Shown here: piece after piece, positions 29,336-38,230 of the stretch
Layout of the letters: each line of letters begins with the position of its first letter
How positions within the stretch are numbered: position 1 is the stretch's first letter
Assembly (NCBI GenBank): GCA_944375795.1
Contig: CALWAU010000026.1
Span: 16,443-80,442 of the forward strand
Length of the DNA stretch: 64,000 nucleotides
Reading direction: 5' to 3'
DNA from: an uncultured Clostridia bacterium
GTDB taxonomy: Bacteria > Bacillota > Clostridia > Christensenellales > Borkfalkiaceae
Program-made: the position numbers and the translations under genes
The notes under the pieces: generated by a model
What the model saw: the letters and a program-made list of their open reading frames with translations, nothing else
The model's database searches: none
Told to the model about the DNA's origin: nothing

Positions 29336-30679
29336 TCAGAACTGCCCCGTGAGCGCCGCGCGCGCGGCTTCGGGCGAGGATTTCAGCAGAAATTGCTTTT
29401 CCTCGGGAGAGGCGGCAAGGGTCAGGGGTTCGGCGCCGTCGAAAAGGGACAGCTGCCTCGCCCCGTCCGCCCGTTCGGCGAGGATGAGCTCGCCCCGCGC
29501 CCGTTCGAGCGTCTTTGCGCCGCAGAATTTGCCGCCGCAGGTGATGAAATGCTTGGCCCGTTTGAGGACGATGCGCATTTTTGCGAGATCCTCGAAGGTG
29601 AGGGCGGCGTACCTCCTGGCGGCAACGATCTTATAGGCCCCCTTGGCGCCGATTCCGGGCACGCGCAGCAGCTCCTCCACGCCCGCCCGATTGACCTCCA
29701 CGGGGAAAAACTGCGGATTGCGCAGGGCCCAGGCGCATTTGGGGTCGTATTCGGGGGAGAGATTCCCGTCCTCGGCCACGATTTCCTCGCAGGAAAATCC
29801 GTAAAACCGAAGCAGCCAGTCCGCCTGATACAGCCGATGTTCCCGCAGGAGCCCGGCCTGGACGTCGGGCAGGAGCGGGTCGCGCACGACGGGGACGTAG
29901 GAGGAATAATATACCCGCTTCAAATCGTACTTCCGGTACATGAATTGGGTGAGCCGCAGAATCTGTCCGTCCGTTTCGGGGGAGGCGCCCACGATCATCT
30001 GCGTCGTCTGCCCCGCAGGCAGAAATTTCCCCCTGCCACGCCCTTCTTCTTTCCCCGTGCGCCTTTTGTATTCCAGCGCAAATTCCCGCTTTTCCTCCGC
30101 CAGCTGCCGCATGGGGGCAAATACGCTCTCCTTGGTCTTTTGCGGCGCGAGGAGGCGCAGGCTGCGTTCGCTGGGCAATTCGACGTTGTAGCTCATGCGG
30201 TCGGCATACGCCGCCGCGCGTTCGGTCAGCGCCCTGTCCGCGTGCGGGATCCCCTTCAGGTGGATATAGCCGTTGAACCTGTATTCCGTGCGCAGCTTGC
30301 GTATGGTTTCCAGCAGCAGCTCCATCGTGTAATCGGGCGATTTCAGGACGGCGGAGGAAAGAAACAGTCCCTCGATATAATTCCGCCGGTAAAAGCCCGT
30401 CACCAGCTCGCACATCTCCTCGGGCGAAACGCTTGCGCGGGGGACGTCCGCGCTCCTGCGGTTGGGGCAGTAAACGCAGTCGAAAACGCAGTCGTTGCTC
30501 ATCAGCATTTTGAGCAGCGAAATGCAGCGCCCGTCCTGCGTGAAGGAATGGCATATCCCCGCCATCGAGGCGTTGCCGAGGCCGTCCCGCGTGTTTTTCC
30601 GCCCGGAACCGGACGAGGAACAGGAAACGTCGTATTTCGCCCCGTCCGTCAGTATTTTCAGCCGTTCTTCGTCTATCAT
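29336..30679 (-). CDS. TIGR03916-like putative DNA modification/repair radical SAM protein
   Basis: ATG 30679 (MIDEERLKILTDGAKYDVSCSSSG) lies within ORF 29336..30970 and has GGGAGAGGGAG upstream. It has a radical SAM cluster (CVFDCVYC) and a C-terminal helix-hairpin-helix (LLRVPGIGAKGAYKIV). Confidence 0.8.
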   Translation of the reverse strand: MIDEERLKILTDGAKYDVSCSSSGSGRKNTRDGLGNASMAGICHSFTQDGRCISLLKMLMSNDCVFDCVYCPNRRSADVPRASVSPEEMCELVTGFYRRNYIEGLFLSSAVLKSPDYTMELLLETIRKLRTEYRFNGYIHLKGIPHADRALTERAAAYADRMSYNVELPSERSLRLLAPQKTKESVFAPMRQLAEEKREFALEYKRRTGKEEGRGRGKFLPAGQTTQMIVGASPETDGQILRLTQFMYRKYDLKRVYYSSYVPVVRDPLLPDVQAGLLREHRLYQADWLLRFYGFSCEEIVAEDGNLSPEYDPKCAWALRNPQFFPVEVNRAGVEELLRVPGIGAKGAYKIVAARRYAALTFEDLAKMRIVLKRAKHFITCGGKFCGAKTLERARGELILAERADGARQLSLFDGAEPLTLAASPEEKQFLLKSSPEAARAALTGQF

Positions 30680-30829
30680 GGCTCCCTCTCCCGCACCGCG
30701 CTCCTCCCGCGCCGTTTTTTCCCCTTTATCATACCACTTTCTCTCCATAAAGTCAAACATTTGTTTGTATTTTTTCAAAAGAAATGCGGAAAAAAGTGCG
30801 GGAAAAATTTTGAGCGGAAGGGGCAGAGC

Positions 30830-30858
30830 TTGACAACGGGCGGGGGATATGCTACAAT
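30830..30858 (+). promoter_or_regulatory. sigma-A promoter TTGACA-17-TACAAT
   Basis: TTGACA at 30830-30835, a 17-nt spacer, and TACAAT at 30853-30858. Confidence 0.7.
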
Positions 30859-30865
30859 GAAGAAG

Positions 30866-31146
30866 AAATAAAGCGCCTTCGGCAGGGCGGCGCGTCGGAA
30901 ACGCGGGCAAATCCCTGCCTCGTCCGTTCGGCGGGGAGCGGACGGAAAGGAAAGTCCGTGAAAATTTCACTTACCTTTCACGGCGCTGTGTTGTAAACTT
31001 AACCTTTCGGGGGTATAGTGTTAAAGGAGTGATGCGAAGCCGCTCGAAAGCGGGGCGCCCGTACTTTGCCCGAAGGCCCTGCGTGCCGCCGGGCATGCGC
31101 TGTGCCCTTCGCCCGCTTTGCCGCCGAAGGCGCGCTTCGTATTTTT
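30866..31146 (+). ncRNA. unclassified GC-rich structured RNA / long 5' leader of the two-component operon
   Basis: It lies downstream of the 30830 promoter. An 11-bp long-range helix pairs GCGCCUUCGGC (30872-30882) with GCCGAAGGCGC (31122-31132), followed by UUUUU at 31141-31145. Several internal GC hairpins are present. I recognised no known riboswitch motif. Confidence 0.35.
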
Positions 31147-31209
31147 CCCTTACACTACATTACAGTGAAAAAATAAATCCGCATTGCGAAAATGCAGAGG
31201 AAAAACTTT

Positions 31210-31881
31210 ATGAAAATTTTGATTGTGGACGACGAAGAGATGATCAGGAACGTGCTGCGGGAATACGTGGAGTTTGAAGGCAACGAAGCGTACGAGGCGG
31301 CGGACGGCATGGAGGCCGTGAAGATGTGCAGGGACAACGATTACGACGTCGTGTTGATGGACGTGATGATGCCCCGCCTGGACGGCTTTTCCGCGGTCAA
31401 GGAAATCCGTAAGTTCAAGGACGTGCCCGTCATCATGCTCTCCGCGCGGGGAGAGGAGTACGACAAACTGTTCGGCTTCGAGATAGGCGCGGACGATTAC
31501 GTCACCAAGCCCTTCTCGCCCAAGGAAGTGATGGCGCGCATCAACGCGGTGACCAAGCGCCGCGCCGCCGCCAAAGCGGAACAGGGCAACGAGATACTCA
31601 AATTCGAGGGGCTGGAAATCGACATGGCGGGCCGGAACGTCTACGTGGACGGGGAAAAGGCGGAGCTTACGCCCAAGGAGTACGAGCTGCTCTTTTATCT
31701 CGTGCGCAACAAGGGCATCGCGCTCACCCGCGAGAAGCTGCTGTACGACGTCTGGGGCTTCGATTTTTACGGGGACGACCGCACGGTGGACACCCATATC
31801 AAGATGCTGCGCGGCAATCTGAAGGAATACAGGAAATTCATCGTCACGCTGCGCGGGCTCGGCTATAAATTTGAGGTCTGA
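31210..31881 (+). CDS. OmpR-family response regulator
   Basis: It starts MKILIVDDEEMIR. It has a receiver domain (VLMDVMMP) and a winged-helix output domain (LTPKEYELLFYL, VDTHIKMLR, RGLGYKF). Confidence 0.92.
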   Translation: MKILIVDDEEMIRNVLREYVEFEGNEAYEAADGMEAVKMCRDNDYDVVLMDVMMPRLDGFSAVKEIRKFKDVPVIMLSARGEEYDKLFGFEIGADDYVTKPFSPKEVMARINAVTKRRAAAKAEQGNEILKFEGLEIDMAGRNVYVDGEKAELTPKEYELLFYLVRNKGIALTREKLLYDVWGFDFYGDDRTVDTHIKMLRGNLKEYRKFIVTLRGLGYKFEV

Positions 31882-32019
31882 TTTCCGGAACGTCCCGTTT
31901 TTCGCCCGTCGGACGCGGGCGGGGCGCGGCTTGGCCGGGCAATGCCGTACGGCCGTCGTACGGCCTCGGGAGAAAGCCTTTGCGGCGTCGTGTTTCCGTA
32001 CGGCATGCGGGAGGAAGGA

Positions 32020-33504
32020 ATGAAGGAGCGGACAAAAAAGAAAAATTATGCGAAAAAGCGGGTCACCCCCAGCATTTACTTTTTGCTGTGGGCGGCTTTT
32101 TCTGCCTTTTCGCTCCTCATCGTGCTTCTGTTCGGCTTCATGCAGAACATCATGCTCAAACAGAGCTATAAGTCGGAGATCGCCTACAATCTCGCGGAGC
32201 AGGGCAAGGCCATCCGTCAGGAGCTGGGCAATTACGACGGGCGCTTTTACAGCGCGTTCGTGCGCTATCTGGCGCAGCGTTACGACGTGGGGGTATATAT
32301 CCTCGATGCGGACGGAAACGTGGTTTTTCCCGTCGAGGAGGATTCGGAGACCGATTTTACCGAGTCGTTCGATTTTCCCGAAAAGGTGACCCGCCTGATG
32401 GAACAGCTCGCTTCGGCGGAGAACGGGGAGGTACTCTATGAGGACCCTTCGGGCGAATATGTCTACGGCTCGGAGCTTATCGCCTATGTCGGAACCGAAG
32501 AAACGCAGACACTTTATTTATACGTGTTCAAGCCGCTGAAACTCGTCGAAAACGTCACTTCCGAAATGAACATCCGCACGATGCTGCTCGCGATTTTCGT
32601 GCTGGTGCTCTCCTTCGCCGTTTCCAGCGCCATTTCCGGCGTGCTCACCAAGCCGATAACGGAGATGACGCAAAAGGCAAAGCAGCTTGCCCGCGGGGAT
32701 TTCTCGGTGGATTTCCACGGCAGGGCATACGGCAGTGAAATGGAGCAGCTGGCGGAGACCCTCAATTTCGCGCGGGACGAAATTTCCCGTTCGGACTGCA
32801 TGCAAAAGGAGCTTATCGCCAACGTCTCGCACGATTTCAAGACGCCGCTCACGATGATAAAAGCGTATGCCTCGATGATCCAGGAGATTTCGGGCGATAA
32901 CCCCGAAAAGCGCGCAAAGCATACCCAGGTGATTATCGACGAAGCGGACAGGCTTACTTCCCTCGTCAACGACGTGCTCGATCTGTCCAAGATGCGCGCG
33001 GGGATAGAGGTGTTGAAACCCGAGGTGTTCGACCTGTCCGAGTACACCCGGAAAGTGCTTGAAAAATTCGGTTATCTCTCCGAAAAGGAGGGGTACGTAT
33101 TTGCCGCGGATATCGAAAACGGGCTGTATACGTGCGCCGATCCCGTCAAGATAGGGGAGGTTTTGTACAATCTCATCGGCAACGCCGTAAATTATACGGG
33201 AGAGGACAAAAAAGTGTCCGTTTTTCTCGGGCGGGACCCGGACGGCAACATCCGCTTTTCCGTCACGGATACGGGCAAGGGCATCCGCCCGGAGGAGCTT
33301 TCCACCATCTGGGACAGATATTACCGTTCCGCCGAGGCGCATAAACGCCCCGTAAAGGGGACGGGGCTGGGGCTGTCCATCGTCAAGACCATTCTGGAAA
33401 GGCACAATTTCCGCTTCGGCGTGGAAAGCGTCGTGGGGAAGGGCAGCACCTTCTACGTCGTGTTCCCCTATGCGGTTCCGGAAGAACAAACAAAAGATAA
33501 ATAA
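32020..33504 (+). CDS. sensor histidine kinase
   Basis: ATG 32020 follows GGGAGG. The product has two TM segments, a HAMP-like linker, an H-box (ANVSHDFKTPLT), an N-box (NLIGNAVNYT) and a G-box (GTGLGLSIV). Confidence 0.9.
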   Translation: MKERTKKKNYAKKRVTPSIYFLLWAAFSAFSLLIVLLFGFMQNIMLKQSYKSEIAYNLAEQGKAIRQELGNYDGRFYSAFVRYLAQRYDVGVYILDADGNVVFPVEEDSETDFTESFDFPEKVTRLMEQLASAENGEVLYEDPSGEYVYGSELIAYVGTEETQTLYLYVFKPLKLVENVTSEMNIRTMLLAIFVLVLSFAVSSAISGVLTKPITEMTQKAKQLARGDFSVDFHGRAYGSEMEQLAETLNFARDEISRSDCMQKELIANVSHDFKTPLTMIKAYASMIQEISGDNPEKRAKHTQVIIDEADRLTSLVNDVLDLSKMRAGIEVLKPEVFDLSEYTRKVLEKFGYLSEKEGYVFAADIENGLYTCADPVKIGEVLYNLIGNAVNYTGEDKKVSVFLGRDPDGNIRFSVTDTGKGIRPEELSTIWDRYYRSAEAHKRPVKGTGLGLSIVKTILERHNFRFGVESVVGKGSTFYVVFPYAVPEEQTKDK

Positions 33505-33522
33505 CGAGGCGGCAGGGCTGCG

Positions 33523-33840
33523 ATGAATGAGAATGTCGTGCTTTTTGACGGGCCGGTGACGGCGGAAAATCTCTGGGAGGTAATCGCCTCTTTGCAGGGG
33601 AAAACTTTTTATACGGCGAAGGGGCTTCCGTTCGTCTATACGGTGAAGGGCGGGGAGCTGTTTGCCGATCGCCGGGAGAGGTCGGTGACGCGGAGCACTT
33701 TCGAGCGGGCTTACGCGCGGATATGGGCGGATCCGACCATTCGCGGCCCGAAGCGGCTGAATGTTTACGGTGCGCCGTACGTGTTTGCCGTGTTGAAGGC
33801 GATCGGCGCCCTTCCGCCGCGCACAGGGGAAATACAATAG
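33523..33840 (+). CDS. hypothetical 105-aa protein
   Basis: The ORF starts 19 nt after the kinase stop codon and is GC-rich like its flanks. I recognised no family. Confidence 0.5.
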   Translation: MNENVVLFDGPVTAENLWEVIASLQGKTFYTAKGLPFVYTVKGGELFADRRERSVTRSTFERAYARIWADPTIRGPKRLNVYGAPYVFAVLKAIGALPPRTGEIQ

Positions 33841-33907
33841 AGAGAAGCGGTTTTGCCGCAATTATATAAGTTCAGTAAATAATGATAATTTCGGGAGATA
33901 GAAAGGG

Positions 33908-34687
33908 ATGTGCCGCTTGTTAAAGCTTGAAATCCGCGTAAAATCGGATGAGATAAATTATAATGAAGAAAGATTCTTTTCCAACGAGCAGGAATTGATT
34001 GAAGATTATTTATGTGCGTTATACAGAAACGGACAAATTTATTTTGATTATAATTTAATCAAAGCCGAACAACATAAATATGAGGCATTCGTAAATGTAC
34101 CGGATTTGGAAAGTATCAGCGAAAAATATAATAACGGGTATGTAAATCGTTCTTATAAACATTTAGTTGTTCAAATTAAAGAAATAGGAAAGAATATTTT
34201 ATATGGACCTGACTGTAATTGTGAAAGAGTACCATATTATATTTTATTTTCTGCTGAAACAGGGACGTCAAGTCCGATTATTTGCGGTAAATGCGGAAAT
34301 GAAATTCCCCTTTATAAAGTGCCGTATTTATATCTCGAAGAAGAACATTTTACTTTAATCAATTATCAAAAAACTTATGCAAGCGTACACGAATTATATA
34401 TGCAATCATTATCGGATCGGTTCACAAAAAATCAATTGGTTAATCCCCATTCGGCTTTGAACAGAATGGCATTTGAAATCAGGGAGGAATTGGAAAATAA
34501 AATCAAAAAGCCCGTATATTTAAGTTTGTCAAGGATCTTTTTGAATCTTAAACGTGATGGTAAAAAAATTGACAGTGACAAGTGTCCTAAATGCGGTAAG
34601 GATTTGATTGAATGCGATTATCATATCGGTTTTCTCAAAATGTTCAAGTGTGACGATTGTAGATTGATAACAGATAAACTCACGTAA
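33908..34687 (+). CDS. DUF2310-like zinc-ribbon protein encoded on an AT-rich island
   Basis: 259-aa ORF. It contains LCALYRNGQI, ICGKCGNEIPLYKVP and the C-terminal CPKCG...FKCDDCRLI. These match my recollection of Pfam DUF2310, described as a Zn-ribbon-containing, possibly nucleic-acid-binding family. The gene is strikingly AT-rich compared with its flanks. Confidence 0.75.
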   Translation: MCRLLKLEIRVKSDEINYNEERFFSNEQELIEDYLCALYRNGQIYFDYNLIKAEQHKYEAFVNVPDLESISEKYNNGYVNRSYKHLVVQIKEIGKNILYGPDCNCERVPYYILFSAETGTSSPIICGKCGNEIPLYKVPYLYLEEEHFTLINYQKTYASVHELYMQSLSDRFTKNQLVNPHSALNRMAFEIREELENKIKKPVYLSLSRIFLNLKRDGKKIDSDKCPKCGKDLIECDYHIGFLKMFKCDDCRLITDKLT

Positions 34688-34692
34688 ATTAA

Positions 34693-34720
34693 AAAAGAGC
34701 GAAGGTTTTCGCTCTTTTTT
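34693..34720 (+). terminator. intrinsic terminator
   Basis: Stem AAAAGAGCGAA / TTCGCTCTTTT with loop GGTT, followed by a T-run. Confidence 0.8.
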
Positions 34721-34886
34721 GCTATGCCGAAAATGCAGATTTGTTGTTTTTGCACCTCCCCTCACAAAATAGAGGGGGGGGGAAAAGGCATCTGAGGGCA
34801 AATTTACAAAAAAGGGGAACGACGCGCGCCTCTTTTTGTCCTTAAAAACGACAAAGCCGCGCGGCGGCAATTTTTTCCTTATGACA

Positions 34887-34915
34887 TTGACAAGTGCGGG
34901 AAAGTGTGTTATAAT
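34887..34915 (+). promoter_or_regulatory. consensus sigma-A promoter TTGACA-17-TATAAT
   Basis: TTGACA at 34887-34892 and TATAAT at 34910-34915 with an exact 17-nt spacer. Confidence 0.75.
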
Positions 34916-35025
34916 AGGATAAACGGGCGGTATGCCCGTGCCTGCGGGAGGATTTTTGCTTACATTTAACATTATTGCCGGAGTTGTCTGATTTGACCGC
35001 AAATAAGTGACGGAGAGGAAAGTTT

Positions 35026-36636
35026 ATGAAGAGAGCTTTCAGGCTTTTCGGTTTGCTGGCCGCGCTGTGCACGGCGGCGTCCTTTTCCCTGGCGGCGTCC
35101 GCGTGTAACGGCGGCGCTTCCTCCGGCGGCGGTGCGTCGGAAGAAAGCGGGCTTTTTGACTCGCAGTCCCCGGGCGGCGGGAGCGGCGATTGGCAGGAGA
35201 GCGGCCCGCCGTCGGACACTTCGGACGGCAGCGGCGGCTCATCGTCGGACGTCGGCAGCGATTTGCCGTCGGACACTTCGGAAGGCAGCGACGGCGCGTC
35301 GTCGGATATCGGCAGCGATTTGCCGTCGGACACTTCGGACGGCAGTGACGGCGCCTCGTCGGAAAACGGCGGCGAATCGCCTTCGGAAGGGGGACGCATC
35401 CTCCTCCTCGAATACAGGGAGGAATCGGAGGCGCTCGCGGCGCTTCTGAACGGGTCGGAAACCGATTTCGACGTGACGGTGATGAACGTTGCGGACGACG
35501 GGCTCCCCCGGACGGCGGAAGCTTTGTGCGAGTATGACGGAGTGATCCTCAACAACGTCGCCAACGCGGACATGCCTGCGGGGTTCGACGAAATTCTGTA
35601 TTCCTTCGTCCATGAGTACGGCGGCGGACTTCTCACCGCGGGCGGAAGGGAAGAAACGGGCGAAGCGCACGCGTACAGGCGGGAGGATATGGCGGGCACA
35701 CGGTACGAGGAGATGCTGCCCGTGGAGATCGTCGATTATAAGCCCCCCTTGGCCGTCATGGTGCTGCTCGACGGCTCGGGGAGCATGCAGTCGGTGCAGG
35801 GCGCGGACGGAACGACGAAATTCGAGAGGGCAAAGCAGGGGATCGTTTCCGCGCTCGGCGCCTTTTCCGGACGGGACTATGTGGGGCTGATGACGCTTTC
35901 CGACACGTACGATACGGTGCTGCCTCTCACGAGCGCGGCGCAGTCGGAGACGATCGGGAAGGCGGTTGCCGACGCCGCCCCCTCCGGAGCGGCTACTCTC
36001 TTTTCCGGTGCGCTGGCCGCCGCGGGACAGGCGCTGGCCGCGGAGACGCGGGTGAGCAAGCGGCATATCGTTCTGATAACGGACGGCAGGCCCGCGGAGG
36101 GCGATTATCTCGCGGAGGCGGAAAGGCTGTATCGGGATTACGGCATTACCCTTTCGGTGTTCGGGATCGGGACGCCGGGCTCGGAAGAGGCTTCGTTGCA
36201 AGAGCTTGCCGAGGTCGGCGGCGGAAGGTTCTACGCGGTTGCCGACGCGGCGGCTCTGGGCGGGGAAATGGTGAACGAGCTGCGCTCCCCCGAGCTTACG
36301 GAGGTCGAATATACGCCCTTTTATCCCGTCGCCTGCGACCTGCTTTCTCCCCTTTTCGACGGCGTCGCTTTGGGCGCGGAGGGGAACGGGCAGGCGATGC
36401 CCTTTACCCTGGATTATTTTTACGGGACTTCCCTGAAAGATTCGGCGGAGGCGGTTCTGGTCGGGAATTATGACGTCCCCGTGTATGCGCAGTGGACTTT
36501 CGGGAAAGGCAGGGTCGGCAGTTTCCTGTGCGATTTGGGGGATTTTTGGCCGACCGGCTTTACGGCGGACGAAAACGGGGAAAAATTTCTGCTGAATGCC
36601 GTCGGATATCTGACGGGCGCGGAAAAGGCCGCATAA
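35026..36636 (+). CDS. VWA-domain lipoprotein with Ser/Asp-rich repeat linker
   Basis: It has a lipobox (SLAASAC), three 19-aa repeats (PSDTS.GS.G.SS..GSDL) and a MIDAS-like motif (VLLDGSGSM). Confidence 0.85.
   Translation: MKRAFRLFGLLAALCTAASFSLAASACNGGASSGGGASEESGLFDSQSPGGGSGDWQESGPPSDTSDGSGGSSSDVGSDLPSDTSEGSDGASSDIGSDLPSDTSDGSDGASSENGGESPSEGGRILLLEYREESEALAALLNGSETDFDVTVMNVADDGLPRTAEALCEYDGVILNNVANADMPAGFDEILYSFVHEYGGGLLTAGGREETGEAHAYRREDMAGTRYEEMLPVEIVDYKPPLAVMVLLDGSGSMQSVQGADGTTKFERAKQGIVSALGAFSGRDYVGLMTLSDTYDTVLPLTSAAQSETIGKAVADAAPSGAATLFSGALAAAGQALAAETRVSKRHIVLITDGRPAEGDYLAEAERLYRDYGITLSVFGIGTPGSEEASLQELAEVGGGRFYAVADAAALGGEMVNELRSPELTEVEYTPFYPVACDLLSPLFDGVALGAEGNGQAMPFTLDYFYGTSLKDSAEAVLVGNYDVPVYAQWTFGKGRVGSFLCDLGDFWPTGFTADENGEKFLLNAVGYLTGAEKAA
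35209..35379 (+). repeat. 3 x 57-nt in-frame tandem repeat inside the VWA lipoprotein gene
   Basis: CCGTCGGACACTTCGGA recurs at 35209, 35266 and 35323. Confidence 0.9.
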
Positions 36637-36666
36637 AACGCCCTTTCGGGGCGAGGAGGTATTTGC

Positions 36667-37917
36667 ATGATCGATTTGAGCGTCATACGGAAAACGGATC
36701 CCGAGCTTTGCGCCGCGATGGAGGCGGAGCTGAAGCGCCAGCGGGAGAACATCGAGCTGATCGCCAGCGAAAACATCGTTTCGCCCGCGGTGCTCGCCGC
36801 GGCGGGGTCACACCTTACCAACAAATATGCCGAGGGGCTGCCCGGCAAACGGTATTACGGTGGCTGCGAATTTGTGGACGTCGCGGAGAACCTCGCGCGG
36901 GACCGCTTGAAAAAGCTGTTCGGCTGCGACCACTGCAACGTCCAGCCCCATTCGGGCGCCCAGGCGAATTTCGCGGTGTACTTTGCCATGCTGGAACCGG
37001 GCGATACGATCATGGGCATGAATCTCTCGCACGGCGGACACCTCACGCACGGTTCGCCCGTCAATATTTCGGGAAAATATTTCAAGGTGGTCCCTTACGG
37101 CGTTTCGCCCGAAACGGAGCGGATCGATTACGACGAGATGGAGCGCATCGCGAAAAAATGCCGTCCGAAAATGATCGTTTCGGGCGCCAGCGCCTATCCC
37201 CGCGTCATCGATTTTGCGCGCATCCGCCAAATCTGCGACGAGGTAGGCGCGTACATGATGGCGGATATCGCGCACATCGCGGGGCCGGTGGCGGCGGGGC
37301 TGCACCCTTCGCCCGTCCCGTATGCCGACTTCGTGACCACGACGACGCACAAGACTCTGCGCGGGCCGCGCGGCGGCGTCATCATGTGCAAAGAACAATA
37401 TGCGAAGCAGATAGACAAGGCGGTGTTTCCGGGCATTCAGGGCGGCCCGCTCATGCACGTCATCGCGGCCAAGGCGGTGGCGTTCGGTGAAGCCCTGGCT
37501 CCCGCATTTAAGGAATATCAGCGGCAGATCCTCGCCAATGCGTCGGCGATGGCGGCGGAGTTTTCGCGGCGGGGGATCCGCCTCGTTTCGGGCGGGACGG
37601 ACAACCATCTGATGCTGGTCGACCTGCGCGGCACGGGCGTGACGGGCAAGGCGCTGGAAGCCATGCTCGACGAGGTGCACATCACGGTCAACAAAAATAC
37701 CATACCTTTCGAGACGGAATCCCCCTTCGTTACGAGCGGTATCCGGGTGGGCACGCCCGCCGTCACTTCCCGCGGCATGAAGGAGGCGGAATGCGAAGAA
37801 ATCGCCCGCCTCATCGCCCGCGTCGTCCGCGAGGGCGAGGGGTGCTTTGCGGAAGTGCGCTCCGCCGTGGCGGCGCTCTGCGCCCGCTTCCCCGTCTATG
37901 AGGGGGAAATTCTGTAA
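36667..37917 (+). CDS. glyA: serine hydroxymethyltransferase
   Basis: 416-aa ORF. It contains [25 protein letters not shown] and the PLP-lysine motif [15 protein letters not shown]. Confidence 0.97.
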   Translation: MIDLSVIRKTDPELCAAMEAELKRQRENIELIASENIVSPAVLAAAGSHLTNKYAEGLPGKRYYGGCEFVDVAENLARDRLKKLFGCDHCNVQPHSGAQANFAVYFAMLEPGDTIMGMNLSHGGHLTHGSPVNISGKYFKVVPYGVSPETERIDYDEMERIAKKCRPKMIVSGASAYPRVIDFARIRQICDEVGAYMMADIAHIAGPVAAGLHPSPVPYADFVTTTTHKTLRGPRGGVIMCKEQYAKQIDKAVFPGIQGGPLMHVIAAKAVAFGEALAPAFKEYQRQILANASAMAAEFSRRGIRLVSGGTDNHLMLVDLRGTGVTGKALEAMLDEVHITVNKNTIPFETESPFVTSGIRVGTPAVTSRGMKEAECEEIARLIARVVREGEGCFAEVRSAVAALCARFPVYEGEIL

Positions 37918-37944
37918 TCGGGAAAAAATTTGCCCCCTTTGTGC

Positions 37945-37973
37945 TTGACAGGGGGGAAAAGCGGTGATATAAT
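37945..37973 (+). promoter_or_regulatory. consensus sigma-A promoter TTGACA-17-TATAAT
   Basis: TTGACA at 37945-37950 and TATAAT at 37968-37973 with a 17-nt spacer. Confidence 0.75.
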
Positions 37974-37989
37974 ATAGGAAAATAAAATA

Positions 37990-38112
37990 TTCTTTGGGGC
38001 GAGGCGAAATTCCTCACCGGCAGTAAAAGTCTGCGAAGGGCGGCGTTGCCGCCCCCGAATCGGCGAAATTCCGATACCGACGGTATAGTCCGGACGGGAA
38101 AAGAAAAGGGAT
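37990..38112 (+). promoter_or_regulatory. FMN riboswitch (RFN element)
   Basis: CUUUGGGGCGAGGCGAAAUUCCUCACCGGCAGUAAA...GAAUCGGCGAAAUUCCGAUACCGACGGUAUAGUCCGGACGGGAAAAGAA follows the conserved RFN core as in B. subtilis ribD. It lies upstream of an ECF S-component gene. Confidence 0.9.
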
Positions 38113-38230
38113 ACGGGTGTACCGTGTCCGCGATGAATGCGCTTTTGTGCCGCCCCGAGACCCTCGGGGTGGCCTTTGCACTCACAGAGAATATTTTATC
38201 GGAAAAATATTTTTCAAAGGAGTGTGTACC

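Noticed and set aside
30936-30960. GGAAAGGAAAGUCCGUG resembles the RNase P RNA CR-I motif (GAGGAAAGUCC).
   Set aside because: The transcript would be only ~280 nt. The other universally conserved RNase P blocks (for example ACAGAA..GGCUUA near the 3' end) are absent.
30866-31146. 6S RNA interpretation, based on the long closing helix and strong promoter.
   Set aside because: It is about 90 nt longer than typical 6S RNAs. I could not draw a single large central bubble flanked by continuous helices. It is retained only as an unclassified structured RNA.
31029-31277. 82-aa ORF inside the two-component leader.
   Set aside because: It has no ribosome-binding site, is Arg/Cys/Pro-rich, and runs across the T-run and the true start of the response regulator in another frame.
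33845-34760. Flanking direct repeats, att sites or an integrase for the AT-rich island.
   Set aside because: No repeated sequence could be identified by eye at the two GC/AT transitions. No recombinase gene is present, so mobility is not claimed.
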